Source of the DNA: Octopus vulgaris
Taxonomy: Eukaryota
Assembly (NCBI GenBank): GCA_951406725.2
Contig: OX597824.1
Location: forward strand, 8,742,001-8,806,000
DNA length: 64,000 nucleotides
Direction of reading: 5' to 3'
Shown: positions 45,534 to 60,762 of the stretch, in pieces
Layout of the letters: each line of letters starts with the position of its first letter
Numbering within the stretch: position 1 is the stretch's first letter
Program-made: the position numbers and the translations under genes
The notes under the pieces: generated by a model
Database searches by the model: none
Told to the model about the DNA's origin: nothing
What the model saw: only the letters and a program-made list of their open reading frames with translations

Positions 45534-45788
45534 TAGATAAATAGATACATAGTTAGATATACATATATAAATGCATATATACAATATACACACAAAACGC
45601 ATACTATTTTACGAAAGGAGCCCAGATGCACAGATATATGTGCAGCAGATTTAGTTCCTCATTCGGAGTTAAATTGATGTGTTTTAACCTGAAGTCCTCT
45701 GTCTCCCACCCTCACTTTGCCCTTCACTTGATATATGTAAATATATGGGTGTGTGTGTTTGTATGTATGTATGTATATATATATATAC

Positions 45789-45898
<110 letters not shown>

Positions 45899-45981
45899 GG
45901 TCCCGGGTTGATTCGGGGTTAACCACAGTAAGTAAGGTACTCAATACATAGCAGAGTAAAATTAATTTATTATATAGAAGG

Positions 45982-46032
45982 AGCTTCTACAGGACTAGTA
46001 CTGTTTCATTCAAGAGAAATCTTCAGGAAGCT
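45982..46032 (-). ncRNA. Type I hammerhead ribozyme in the PLE 3' pLTR
   Basis: Exact reverse complement of the 50793-50843 motif. Confidence 0.85.
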
Positions 46033-46459
46033 ATTTAACAAGAATTGTATTAGCATTTATACATTTAGGCAGGTTTAAAGGAGTGGTGGTGGTGGGCTTT
46101 TTGGGGGTAGGCATAGCGCAAAATATCATACTTGGGGGAGTGGTCAAGGAGTCAGTGGTAAGTTAGATGAAAGAATAGATAAATAAAAAAATAAAAAAAT
46201 AAAAAAAAAAAAAAAAAAATAAAAAAAAAAATAAAAATAAAAAATAAAAAAATAAAAAAAAAAAATAATAAAAAAAAAAAAAAAAAATAATAAAAAAATA
46301 AAAAAATAAAAAATAAAATAAAAAAAAATAATAAAAATAAAAAATATAAAATATAAAAATATATAAAATATATATAAAAAAATATATATAAAAATATATA
46401 TATAAAAAATATATATATAAAAAAAGGGGGATAGAGTTATAGGTAAATAAGGAGATTCT

Positions 46460-46522
46460 CACTTATACCTATACACACATGTATACGTATCTACACACAC
46501 ATACATACATACACATATATAT

Positions 46523-46573
<51 letters not shown>

Positions 46574-47449
46574 CACACATACATACATATCTACATACAC
46601 ACATACATACACCCGCCCGCATATACAAGTTTATACACATGCACATGCCTATACCTGTCTACACATACACACACGTATATATGCATACACTCACTCCCAT
46701 GCATGCACGCATACACACATGTATATATATATATATATATATACCCACGACCACACATACATATATACACATAAAAATATATATTCATACGCACATACAC
46801 TCATGCACACACAACACACCTAGTTCCCTATATACACATATTTACACCTATATATACATACACCCACATACACCTATGTACACATATATATATATATATA
46901 AACATATACACGCATACATATATATACATGTGTGCACATACATACATACACACATATATACATACACATACACATACACATGTGTACCTATACATACCTA
47001 CACATACACACATACATACATACAAATATACATATACATATATATATATATACAATCCAATACAGGCCCATTCCCTAATTTTAATTTTATTATCTTCATT
47101 TATTACTTTTGTTATCTTTGATCGCTAGGGCTAAGAATCCTGGCAGTGGCTGCATGTCCATTTGTCTGTCTACTAGAAGGCAAGTACTCATTCCCGCACG
47201 CACACTCATTAGCACGTACATTCACCCATTCGTACACTCATACACATACACGTACGCACGCGTTATATTCATACATACAAACATCTACATACGTTCACGT
47301 ATATACACATACGTACTCGTACCTACAGATTCGTGTCTACACTTTAGGAGGCTAGTCTATACATATACACCAATAAATATACATATATATATATATACCC
47401 GCATATACATACACACACACACATATATACTCCTACATACAGATACATA

Positions 47450-47501
<52 letters not shown>

Positions 47502-47685
47502 CATACACATACACACATACATATACACACACATACATACACATATATATACATACACAAACATATATACACACATATATATATATATACATACACACAT
47601 ACACACATACATACGTATACATACATACATACATCCATACATCCATACTTACATGCATTTATACGCATACACACACCCATCTATA

Positions 47686-47722
<37 letters not shown>

Positions 47723-48001
47723 TCACACATACATATACAAATCTACGCACACACATACATACATACACGTATACGCATACACGCACATACACATATACAT
47801 GCGTACCCATACACGTGCACACACGCACGCGCATCCATATATATACACACACACATATATATACACGTGTGCAAGCATACATACATACTCATACACACAC
47901 ACATACTTACATATACATATATGCACACACTTACACACATATATATACATACACATATACATGCATACATACATATATGCATACATACACACACGCACTC
48001 A

Positions 48002-48039
<38 letters not shown>

Positions 48040-48104
48040 TATATACATATATAGACATATATACACATACATACACATACACATACATACACACATATAC
48101 ACAC

Positions 48105-48139
<35 letters not shown>

Positions 48140-48344
48140 TACATATATACACACATACATACATATACATACACACACACATACATATATACATATACAC
48201 TGATACACATACCCATACATACACATGCATATACTTATATCACTACATACTCACATATATAAACATATATACATATACACACATACACATATACATGTAC
48301 ATACACATACGTATGCATACATATATATATACATATATATACAC

Positions 48345-48383
<39 letters not shown>

Positions 48384-48647
48384 TACATATACACATATAC
48401 ATGTATACATACGCAAAAATGATACACATATATACACATACACACACACAGACAGATGCATATACATACATATATATATATAAACTACATATCTATATAA
48501 ATACATACATAATACACATATACACACACATATATATACCTTCATGCATATACATATACAAGTATACATACACATACATACACACACACGCGCACACATA
48601 CATATACATATACACACACACATATACAAATACATACATACACACAT

Positions 48648-48678
<31 letters not shown>

Positions 48679-48715
48679 CATACATGTACACATATACATA
48701 TGTATATATATATCA
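46460..48715. repeat. ~2.2-kb degenerate (TA/CA) tract inside the PLE 3' region
   Basis: Read directly; lies between unique blocks attributed to the element. Confidence 0.85.
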
Positions 48716-49049
48716 ACAAGGGAGGGTAAAGTTAATTAGTTATTAATCAATTTCATCAAGTGTTCAGTATGTAAAGGGACCATTATTATTTTGAGTAAAC
48801 AATGTTAGAGGGAAAAAAATTCTCTAAGTAGTGGAAGAGGCTAAAAAACTTTATTGGCTGCTATTTCTAGAAAGTTTAGTATGTGGCAAAGTAATTTATT
48901 TTATTTTCCTAAGCCCTAATTTTATAAAATATTTTATACATACATACACATACATAAGCACATACATTTACACATACATAAGCATATACATATATACACA
49001 TATACATACAAACACATATACACATATACACACACACACACATACAAGC

Positions 49050-49096
<47 letters not shown>

Positions 49097-49339
49097 AATA
49101 TATATACATATATATTTTTACATGCATACATACACACACACACACATAATACATGCGTATATTCCTACTGTACCCATGCATTTCTATACATATATACATA
49201 CATACATACGATACACATATACAAGCGTGCACATATAATATGTGAAAGGTCTTAGGAGAAAAGGTAATCGGGGGTGCTAGGGGAACAGTAGGGTTGGGGG
49301 GGTTGTAGGGGGGGGGGAGGGGTTGTAGGGGGGTTGTCA

Positions 49340-50767
49340 TCAATCAGGTTGCCGGGTAGGTCTATAGTTCTTGTAGTTCGCATACTTCTTATGCATGCAA
49401 TTTGGGGAGTGTTCTGAAAATTTGTTAAGGAGAGGGCCTTTGGCGAACAAGATCTCTAGGCTCTCTGATATGCATAGGTCACAGCAGGTATGTCCTCCTG
49501 TGTACGAGCGCGCCTTCTGTAGTAGTTTCCACTTGGTCTTGAAGGGGATTGAGTTCCTTTTAAGGTACCAGATGTGGGCGGCGAGGGTAGTTTGGTTGGA
49601 TTTATCCTGTCGCCGGAACGAGTGTGTATGTGCATACCAGCGGGTCTTAAAGCTGTTTGACGTCATTCCAATGTAGGATTTACTTTTATCGTCAAGGCCT
49701 GATCTTACCTCGCATTTATATACTAGGTCCCTCTGTAGGCAGTTGTTGTTGAGGGGGCAGGTGGTTTTATCATGGCAGTTGCAATTGCTATCGGACGTTG
49801 GATGGGCCCCGGAGAAAGTAGATATGTTAAGTTTTTTCACATTGTTGTTGGCTAGGTTCCTGGCTAGGTTGGGCGTGGTAGAGTAGGAGAGTCTAATAGT
49901 GTTCTTATTTAGGATAGTGTAGTACTTATGTTGGGTGGGGAAGTGTTTCTGTAGGAGAGTGAAAAAGATCTTAGCTACAGGTGTAGCGACCTCACGGTTG
50001 AAGGGGGGTTGTACCAGCTAATGTGTCTTCGTCTATTTTTCCTGGGTTGGCGTGGGGCTATACTAGTGTAGGTAATCTTATCTTTAAAACCACTGCGGGC
50101 CAGGGCCTCGTTGTAATAGGGGGCTGCGGCCTTAAAGATATCTTCCGTGGCGGACAGGCTAGAGATTCTAATTGAGACACTTTTTACTAGGTTATCTAAT
50201 ATATTTCTGGGGTGGTTGGAATTGATATCTATATATCTAAGGGATTCATTTGGTTTGTGGTACGGGTAATAAAGTGAGGTTTTTAAGTCGAGGGTGACAT
50301 CTAGGAAGTTAGCCTTTGTTAAGTTGGATTCTAGGGTAATCCTAAGGCCTAAGTTTTTAAAGAAGGTGTGAAGATTTTTCCGGAACCCATCCGTGGTCCT
50401 GGGGTTTATATTGTGGAGGGCGAAAAGGCCGTCATCTCGGTAAAGACCACCGGAGAGGCCTGTGAATAGGGTTTTCAGCCTATGGAGGATGAAAAGGCCC
50501 ACTAGGTCACTTATTTCAGCAGAGTCGTTAGCACCCATGCTGACGTCGAAGGGGGTCACAGATTTTTTGTTGATCCAGTGGGATCCGTCATAGAAAAGAA
50601 AAGTCTTACGTGCGTGGAGGATCACATCTTGCTCGGCCTCGGTGATGGTGGAGGACCTCCTGGCGAAGTTAATCGCATCGATCAGCAAGCTCTCCGATAT
50701 AGAGGCGTAGTAATCCTCGATATCCAGTTGTAGGAATCGGGTGTTGCTTTTATCTGGTAAATCCCGG
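49340..50767 (-). pseudogene. PLE reverse transcriptase + GIY-YIG endonuclease ORF (5'-truncated, one frameshift)
   Basis: RT motifs FLQLDIEDYYASI, FDVSMGANDSAEISDLVGL, GLYRDDG, NFLDVTL, YHKPN..LRYIDINSNHP. One extra base in the G6 run at 50003-50008 joins the two track ORFs (WYNPP-FNREVATPVAKIF...RLSYSTTPNL). Then CNC-x5-CPL-x3-C, LVYKC..YIGMTSNSFKTRWYAH, LAAH and CDLCISE. Confidence 0.9.
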
Positions 50768-50792
50768 AATGCTAATACAATTCTTGTTAAAT

Positions 50793-50843
50793 AGCTTCCT
50801 GAAGATTTCTCTTGAATGAAACAGTACTAGTCCTGTAGAAGCT
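50793..50843 (+). ncRNA. Type I hammerhead ribozyme in the inverted PLE pLTR
   Basis: Stem I AGCTTC/GAAGCT (6 bp); core CTGAAGA 50799-50805; short stem II tTTC-tctt-GAAt; GAAA 50818-50821; stem III ACAG/CTGT with 8-nt loop; cleavage triplet GUA, cut after 50837. Confidence 0.85.
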
Positions 50844-50854
50844 CCTTCTATATA

Positions 50855-50908
<54 letters not shown>

Positions 50909-51069
50909 ATATTCTAAATCTGCTGTATATACATATTTGCATTTGGTCCCTTTTGTAAAAAGCATACGTTTGTATATGTATATCTATGTATCAGTGTATC
51001 TATCTACCTATCTATATAGTTATACATACATACATACATACATACATACATACATACATACATACATAA

Positions 51070-51132
<63 letters not shown>

Positions 51133-51260
51133 TATATATACGTACACACAGAAACACATACATATATATACAAACATGTAAACTCACATAAGGGTATATA
51201 TAAACATATATATAAATATGTGTATATATATATATATATATACGCATATGTATGAAATAC

Positions 51261-51310
<50 letters not shown>

Positions 51311-51351
51311 TAATAATAATAATAATAATAATGATAATAATAATAATAATG

Positions 51352-51426
<75 letters not shown>

Positions 51427-51738
51427 GATATGTATATAGCATATATAGAGCATTGCTCTCTTCTGCGTGCAGTGCACGCCTAAGATATATAAATTCTTGC
51501 AAATAATAAATCCGATTTTAATATAAATCTTTCGTTTTTATGGGAGCTGAAAAAATACATGTGGAATATATTTTCCAATCTACTCTCTCTCACTCTCTTT
51601 CTCTCTGTCTATATATTTATATGCGTGTGTGTGTATGCATATACCCAACTTCAAATGCTTGGATTTCATACCATATGCTAAATAGTATACTCCTTCAAAT
51701 GATCCATGATTCGTTCTTTATCTATCTATCTATCTATC

Positions 51739-53036
51739 CCGTTAAAAGGAGGGCTGGGCATGCCGTGGTTGATGATGCGCAGACACGCGCTGAGACTGCG
51801 ACATCTCTGGCTCTATGTAGACGACGGTGAACAGGTGTGGTCGCCGTTTGTGAGGCACGCTTTCCCGCAGCTCGTCTCCATGACCGAACTGCAGTCGTGG
51901 ATCAAAAAGAGGCCGAGGAAGGGCGAATGGCACCGCGAGTGTCGCGTTGCTCTCAAGCAACTCTGCCGTCCTGGGTCGACCTTAAGTGACTTCAACACAA
52001 CCAAAGCATTCTATAGGGGTTTAGTGGAGGGGAGGTACGACGACGAGCTCGGGGCGAACCTGGACGTCGACGAGGAGTACCTGACCCGCCTGTTCAGGAC
52101 GACGTTCGGGCCAGGGCCCATGGACAACTTCCAGAGATCCCTGGCCTGGCAGTGCTACCGAGAAGCGCTACCCGTTCGGGATAAGCTCTACAGACACGGC
52201 TCGAGAAACACGGGGCCGACCTGCCCGAGATGCGGTCAGAGCGACGAAACCGTTCTGCACGCACTCGTTCAGTGTCCAACAATTTCCGACCTGTGGGCTT
52301 ATGTCGAACAACTGCTGTCACGTGTGGGACGAGTCGGTTTATCAGCTGAGTCTATCGTCAATATTGTCACGCCTCCTTCCTTCAAACGGGAAGGAAGAGC
52401 TATTTTCATCATCCTTGTGGCTATGGCGAAAGAATGTATCTGGTGGACGCGTCTGAAAGGATTGGAGACAAACACTTTCCTCTCTGGTCAATCTCTCATC
52501 AACTTCTTCAAGTACCACTTGAAAAGGAAAGTGAGAGTAGAGAGGCAAGTTTTGTCTAGCGAATGTTTTAAAAAAAGATGGGTGAATGTAGCAAGAATGG
52601 CACGTATGAATGACGAAGCCACCTTGAGCATAGTCCTATGAACCCAGAAATCGAAAACAGAGAGTTGCTTATTTGCAAAAAAAAAAAAAAAAAAAAAAAG
52701 AAATATAAAATGTGACTTCATTGACCGAGGTTACCGTGGTCTTTTCCGTAGGCTTTTCTTTCCACGGGTAAACCTCACCTGTCCTCCCCTTTACACTTCA
52801 TATTGACATTTCTGTGATAACGATCCCTATTGATCAATTTTTTTTTTTTTTTTTTTTTTCTCCCCTTTTTTTTAACCCCCCTTTTTTTTGTCCTCCTTCT
52901 CTCCTTTTACGATCCCTTTTGATCGAAACTCCCCCTTACTTTTTTTTTTTTTTTTTTTTTTTAAACATTCAAAAGAAAAGCTCTACCTTGTAATTTGTTC
53001 TATCTGTGTGCAGCCCTGTGTGGCTAATAAAGAAAC
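51739..53036 (+). mobile_element. 3' end of a Tx1/L1-clade non-LTR retrotransposon inserted in (TATC)n
   Basis: Uninterrupted ORF2 C-terminus to 52641: GGLGMP, W..Y.EALP, CPRCG..ETVLHALVQCP..LW (zf-RVT-type CCHC). 3' UTR with AATAAA at 53026-53031. (TATC)n on both flanks. Confidence 0.85.
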
Positions 53037-53037
53037 A

Positions 53038-53106
<69 letters not shown>

Positions 53107-53129
53107 GTCTGCCTATCTATCTATCTATG

Positions 53130-53214
<85 letters not shown>

Positions 53215-53216
<2 letters not shown>

Positions 53217-53430
53217 TTCCTTTTCTTTCTTTCTTTTTATTCTTTTTATTTTTTATTTTATTTATTTTTTTTTGTTTTTTTCTTCCCTTTTACGATCCCT
53301 CTTGATCGAGAACCTACGCCACTCCCCTTTTTTTCTTTTGTTTCTTGTTTTTTTCATCCCCCAAAAGAAAAGCTCTACCTTGTAACTTGTCCCATCTGTG
53401 TGCAGCCCTGTGTGGCCAATAAAGAAAATT
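53215..53430 (+). mobile_element. Second, diverged 3'-UTR copy of the same LINE in the same (TATC)n tract
   Basis: Matches 52890-53036 (AAAGAAAAGCTCTACCTTGTAA...GTGCAGCCCTGTGTGGCYAATAAAGAAA); AATAAA at 53418-53423. Confidence 0.8.
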
Positions 53431-54040
53431 ATCTATCTATCTATCTATCTATCTTGCTAACTTTCTTTCTTTCTTTCTTTCTGTATATGTATATATATTT
53501 ATGGTCATACATGTGTCTATGCAACGGCCGACTGCAACTGATCATGATGTTATACGGAAAATTAATTGCGTAGTAAAACGCTGACTACTCTAGAATGATG
53601 CTTGCTATTCCAAAAATTGCGAGATTTACAAACCTTAATGAAACATCGATATATCACACGTCTATAAAATATATCATCCTATCATGACATCTACCATGAT
53701 TTACCGTATGATAATATCAAAATGCAACGTTGATGATTTTATCAGTTATATAATTATTCCTAAGTCACTTTGCGTGTTTACAACAGAATTCGCTGGCAAC
53801 TTCCCTTTACGAGAGTTAATTTTGATTGTGAAAATATCGTAACTTTAGTCAAATGGATTTAAAAATAAATGGAATCGCTCCAAACCATGCTTCAAGAACT
53901 AATAAGGAAATATGAAAGATTCTTAATAAAAAAAAACAAACATGAACATCATAGACATTTTAATGTAACAAATGTGTTATTAAAGCTTCTCTCCATGCAT
54001 ATAAATACATACACACATATGTATGTATGTATACAGACAC

Positions 54041-54228
54041 CATGATAGATCTTTAGCCACTACACACATTCTCTCCTTGTTTCTCTCCTTGTTTTTTCTG
54101 TGTCCCTTTCTGTAGAAGAGCGTAGGCTCGAAACGTAAAAGACTTTTTCTATTCCTGAGTGTTATACTAATACACCTGTTTGTTTTGTACACCACCTGTC
54201 TTCGTATTTTGTTTTTTTCGTAGACTCT

Positions 54229-54232
<4 letters not shown>
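54041..54232 (+). mobile_element. Short HHR-bearing element, family H1
   Basis: Near-identical to 3642-3843, with the same ATGATAGATC 5' start and ACTCTCC-(TA)n 3' end. HHR at 54106-54141 with stem I CTTT/AAAG. Confidence 0.75.
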
Positions 54233-54283
<51 letters not shown>

Positions 54284-54405
54284 ACTTATAAATAAGGGCA
54301 GACATAAATTTAACCTTTAAAGGTATTTTTTAATATGCTGGCCATTGATAAAATTATTTTTTCGAAAAAATGTTATCCTACATTAAATACATATATATTT
54401 ATATT

Positions 54406-54454
<49 letters not shown>

Positions 54455-55015
54455 AGGTATGCAAGACTTAGGGAACGGAGTATGGGATATCCGACCTACA
54501 AATGTTTCATAGCGAGCGGAACCTCAGAAGTGGTATAATACAAGTGAGGTAGATATCGCCGGCTACACCCTGATTGAATCCTCTCTGCGCCAACATGTAC
54601 CTCCCTGCGACAATGTAACCTTTAATCTAATCCAGATATCCTTGGCCTGAAGAGTAGCCGGCGGCACACACTTCCCTTGTGTTTTACCATTTGTGAGGTG
54701 ACACTCGCAACTGTCACTTATAAAACCACGTGTGTTTGTTTATTTTCTGAATAACATCGGCGGTTTCCAGAAAGAAATTTCCCATGCTCCATTCCATAAT
54801 TCTTGTACTCGTTTTCTCACACTCAACAACCCTGGTTGTCTACCGAGGAAGATAAAAATAACCTTTTTTTCAGCTCATCGTTCTTTGATAAAAGAAAAAT
54901 AATCCGTATCAAGAAACCGCTATGGTTCCTGAAAATTGTTTTTGCATATTCATCACGGATTGCTCGAAGCTAACTTTCTTCCTACACTTTCATCCTTGGA
55001 TCTTACATTTATAGA

Positions 55016-55048
<33 letters not shown>

Positions 55049-55194
55049 ATATGTGCACACATATATACTTGAATAGAAAGGGTAAGCACCCCCTCGGTAA
55101 GAATGACCATTGGATTGCACCTCGAAGGCACTTGTATCTGTGTATGTGTGGGTACGTGCATATGCGCAAGTCTGTGTACGCGCGGCGTGTGTGC

Positions 55195-55238
<44 letters not shown>

Positions 55239-55687
55239 TGTGTTATGTGTGTGGTCTTTTGTGTGCTGTTGGCTGTTTATATGTGTGAGTAAAATTTTCA
55301 CACCAGAATTTCACGGAAGCTCGCTGTTCTCTTCGTTTCAGGCATCGCAAAAATCGGCGAACAGAGGAGAATTATTGGAAAATAAAGACGCATCATGTGG
55401 CAGTATGACATCATTGGACAACGTCGGTCGGAAGACTGACGCCTGAAGGTCGCATGAAGTGACTCCTGGCGTCGGAAGCCTGAACTACAACGAGCTTGTG
55501 TCATAAAAAAACATTTCCAGTTACGTACATATACGTAGATATAGAGACGCACGTACACACATGGCCAACACTCACAAATACAAAAATTGGCGCACGCAAA
55601 ATTAGATACGTGGGAGTTTATACATTGTATATAGCATCCAGAATCCCTTTTACTTCTCTCCTCCCAGTATATGCACACAGGCTTGTA

Positions 55688-56085
55688 TTCTCTTACTCTT
55701 TTACTCTTTTAATTGTTTCAATCATTTGACTGCGGCCATGCTGGAGCACCGCCTTTAATCGAGCAACTCGACCCCGGGACTTATTCTTTTGTAAGCCCAG
55801 TACTTAGTCTATCGGGCTTTTTTTGCCGAACCGCTAAGTAACGTGGACATAAACATACCAGCATCGGTTGTTAAACACATACACACAAACACACACACAC
55901 ACAAACATATATATATATACATATATACGACAGGCTTCTTTCAGTTTCCGTCTACCAAATCCACCCACAAGACTTTGGTCGGCCCGAGGCTATAGTAGAA
56001 GACACTTGTCCAAGGTGCCACGCAGTGGAACTGAACCCGGAACCATGTGGTTGGTAAACAAGCTACTTACCACACATCCGCTGTA
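55688..56085 (-). mobile_element. SINE family B, near full length
   Basis: Reverse complement of the family B blocks, including a CORE-like ACCTTGGRCAAGT. Confidence 0.8.
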
Positions 56086-56107
56086 TATATGCCTACGTGA
56101 GTGAGTG

Positions 56108-56139
<32 letters not shown>

Positions 56140-56361
56140 GGGGGAAGGCACAGAGTGAGGAGGCGAGAGAAAGAGAAAACAGAGTGAGAAAAATAGGAAG
56201 AACAAACGAATAGACTTATGAAATTTGTTAGTGTTAACTTAAAAACGAAAATATGCATTTATTCTAAATTTATTCACACACACACATGCGCGCAAAATCA
56301 TATTTATGTATTCATGTATATATAAATATTTATTTATTTATTTAATATATATATATATATG

Positions 56362-56418
<57 letters not shown>

Positions 56419-56528
56419 TACATATATATATACACATATATATACGTACATATATATATACATCAATATCTCTATATATATATATATTTTATATACATGT
56501 ACATTTTGGAAAAATATGTTTTTATATA

Positions 56529-56584
<56 letters not shown>

Positions 56585-56798
56585 TATACATACATACACA
56601 CACAAACACAGACACACACATGTATAAATGTGTATATATATATATATATATATACACACACATATATGTCTGTATGTATGTATATATGCATGTATGTCTG
56701 TATGTATGTATATATGCATGTATGTATGTATGTATGTATGTATGTATAGCTATATATCGTTAAGTAGGTAACACGTGCAAGATTTATTAAAAGAAATA

Positions 56799-56861
<63 letters not shown>

Positions 56862-57676
56862 AATAAATATATTATTGGGTTTGCGGAAACAATGCAATGG
56901 CATCATTATAACGAATAAACCATGTTTACATGTATATTATGAAATTTGTGTTGAAAAGGAAAAGAAAAACCAAACGAGAAATGGAGTAAGAAAAGACGCT
57001 AAATGTTCTTTTGAGGAATCAAATAAAATGGCGGAGATATTGAAGAACGTAAAAATTAATGCATAAAGATTTCCGACATTACTTAGATAGCCCCCGTTTC
57101 TAACAGAAGAAAAAAAAACATGGACGTAGAATGTTCCTCCGCACACATAACACACATACGTACACAGTTCGCCATGCGCACGCGCATGCTTTACACATAT
57201 ACGTATATAGATACAGTATATGTATATATATATATGCATGCATATCTATATATGTATATATATACACGTAGGGTATATACATATATATATATATATATAC
57301 ATATATATGTATATACATACATTTATATCTATATATACATACACGCACATATATATACTCGCATGTATACAAACAATGTAAAGACGTATATATATTGATA
57401 GGTATAGATACATGGAAAAATAAATATTGATAGTTATAGCGCATATATGTACACATGTATATTTATATATACATATATATGCATGTATATATTTGTATGT
57501 ATGTATGTATATATATATATATATATGTGTATATATCTGTTTCAACACACGACTTCACATAAAAAAATCTTGCACAACAAATATTTAAACGTATCTCTAT
57601 ATATATATATATATATACACACATATATACATACATACAACTATATGTTTCTGGGTATATGCAGAGAGAAATAAAT

Positions 57677-57775
<99 letters not shown>

Positions 57776-57782
57776 CTCTCTT

Positions 57783-57862
<80 letters not shown>

Positions 57863-57918
57863 AACATATATATAGACGTATTGTCATACATGAACACGTA
57901 TATTTTCATACATTTGAT

Positions 57919-58070
<152 letters not shown>

Positions 58071-58303
58071 CATACATATGCATACAAATACACACACTCT
58101 AACGCGCGCACACATCGTTCATTAAATCTTCATTTTTTTTTCTGCTGCGAGATATATTTTGAGCTGTTAATTCTCTTTCTCGTTACACATTCAATAAAAC
58201 GATAATGTGGTGTGTTTGTGTGTGATTGTGTGTTTCGTCCCTATCTCTAGACGTGTGCTTACGTGTGTTTGCTGCGCAACTCGGTGTGTGAAAAGAAAGA
58301 AAT

Positions 58304-58342
<39 letters not shown>

Positions 58343-58694
58343 GACACACACACACACGCACACACACACACACACACACACATACGTGTATATATTAACC
58401 GAAATAAGGAGACGTCGAAAGCATCGGTACTCCTCTAAATTGCTATTACAATACAATATAGAAAGATCTAGTGGGATGTGTGTGTGCGTTTATGTCTGTG
58501 TGCGCGTGAAAAATGAGTGCTGTATGTGTGTGTGTTTGTGTGTACGTATATATGTATACGAACATACACAATTTTATGCGTCTTTTGTATAAGTATATTA
58601 TTTATATATAGATACGTACATACAGAAACAAATGTATTTATGCATACACATATACTCCTGCCTGCAAACATATACGCACACACACGTACATGCA

Positions 58695-58732
<38 letters not shown>

Positions 58733-58824
58733 TATAAATACACACATGCATACACACACACACACACGTATATATATATATATATATACATACATATAAA
58801 CACACACATATATATACATATATA

Positions 58825-58873
<49 letters not shown>

Positions 58874-59259
58874 CAGTACTAGTTGTGTGTGTATACCGTT
58901 ACACATACACGCACAAGTATATTATACTGAAGGATGAAAAGGAAAACCTTATGATAAAAACACATAATGCAATATCTGTTTCGGTTTTTCAATAACTTTC
59001 AACTTAATAACAGCAAGTATAGAGAACTTTTCAAACAAGCCGACATTTATAACAGTTGTCAAGATAGAATTCTATGAAGAATCGCGGTGATCATAGTTCC
59101 TACGCTTTTTTTTTTATCATTTCAAAATATACAAAGCCGCCTACTATTACTGTTTTTTTTTATAATATAACAATGTTTTTAGAATACTTTATCAATATAA
59201 ATTTATAATAAAATATATTAAAATATATTAAAATTATTATTACTATTATTATTATTATT

Positions 59260-59343
<84 letters not shown>

Positions 59344-59645
59344 GAGTGAGAGAGCAGTGCATACCATCAAATTGATACTGGGGCAAAATATACGAAGCCC
59401 AATATAATTATCATGACTACCCGTCTAATAAGGGTACACTAGGCTTATGTATCACAACCATATATGCGCGATATCGTGATCTCATATCAAGATAAACAGC
59501 GCATGACCTTGCAGGAGGGGCCCAATTAGAGTTTTCTTCAGTTCGAGTAGCTTATCCCGCTCAAAAGGTCCCTGAATTAGGGTTGTTGAAGGATGATGAA
59601 CGAAACGCCCATGTTTCTCGAAGTGAATTATTCAAACTCCAAAGA
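59344..59645 (-). mobile_element. Probable retroelement 3' fragment abutting (ATT)n
   Basis: Abrupt, GC-richer unique block joined directly to the (ATT)n tract. Single copy in the window, so the family is not established. Confidence 0.3.
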
Positions 59646-60045
59646 AGAATATTCAATCAAACAATTTTGTGTAACTTTGATGATATTCTTCAGTCCTTTT
59701 GTTCATTCCACCAGGGCGTGATGTTAATAAACCTTAAACATATTTCTCCTCATGTATTTTGAGTATTGAAAGTGTTGTAGGTTAAAAATCTGCTGGATGT
59801 CACTCATAAGGGAATCTTACATTGCTTATAAACTCTATATTTGGAAGGACTCATATTAAAATCTGTTGGACTTTTGGATTTTACTCAAAGGATATTGGAA
59901 TATTGCATTTATACCATTATGCCTATAAAACGGATTTACAACTTAAATACTCATACATATCTTACATCTATTTTTTTCCCTCCACCTCACTCTCTATTTT
60001 GTATCACATCTAAACTAACTATGACTTAACCATCCTCTCACACCA

Positions 60046-60095
60046 TCTCCGATGAAGGGATTTAATTAATAAATATCCTGGAAACAGCTGTAAGG
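60046..60095 (+). ncRNA. Hammerhead-like motif (U4C core variant)
   Basis: TCT CCGATGA AGGGAT..ATCCT g GAAACAGCTGTA AGG; the GAAACAGCTGTA block is identical to 9461-9472. Confidence 0.55.
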
Positions 60096-60282
60096 CCTTC
60101 TATGTATAAATGCTCTAATACCTACACAGCCTTGGTTTTTTTATCTTATTACGTAAACAATTCTTATATACACACGCTGACATAGAACCAACGTTGAACC
60201 CTTTTTTCGCAGTTTTCAAGCGGAGAGAAATCTCTTAACAATTATGAAGGCTGTCACATGGAACTTTTGTATGTACATATAT

Positions 60283-60493
60283 TCTTTTACCTTTTACGTG
60301 TTTCAGTCATCGGACTGCGGCCATGTTGGGGCACCGCCTTGAAAAGTTTAGTCGAACGATGAGACCCTGGTACTTACTATTTTAAAGCCTAGCACTTTGA
60401 CGCTTTATTTTGACGAACAGCTAAGTTACGGGGATGTCAACAAACCAACAGCAGCTGTCAAGGGGTCGTGGTGGGCAAACAGAAACATAAAGA

Positions 60494-60545
<52 letters not shown>

Positions 60546-60762
60546 ATACACTCACACGCACACACATACACATACATGCATACATCATACATAAGGCGCG
60601 CATGAATATATGACGGGTTTCTTTCAGTTTCCGTCTCCTGTATCCATTCCCAAGAACTTGGGCGATATTAGAACGAAGACACTTGCACAAAGTGCCAAGC
60701 AATGGGATCGAGCCCGGAAAAATGTGGATAAGAAGAAAACTGCTTACCAAACAGCCACGCGT
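60283..60762 (-). mobile_element. SINE family B, diverged
   Basis: Same block order as 55688-56085. Confidence 0.7.

Noticed and set aside
49337-49345. Selenocysteine recoding, reported for some Naiad elements
   Set aside because: The conserved Cys positions are ordinary Cys codons. The only in-frame TGAs are the tandem terminal stops, which come after the last conserved motif.
50001-50010. Programmed frameshift between RT and endonuclease
   Set aside because: PLEs encode a single ORF; a one-base loss in a G6 homopolymer is better explained by mutation or sequencing error.
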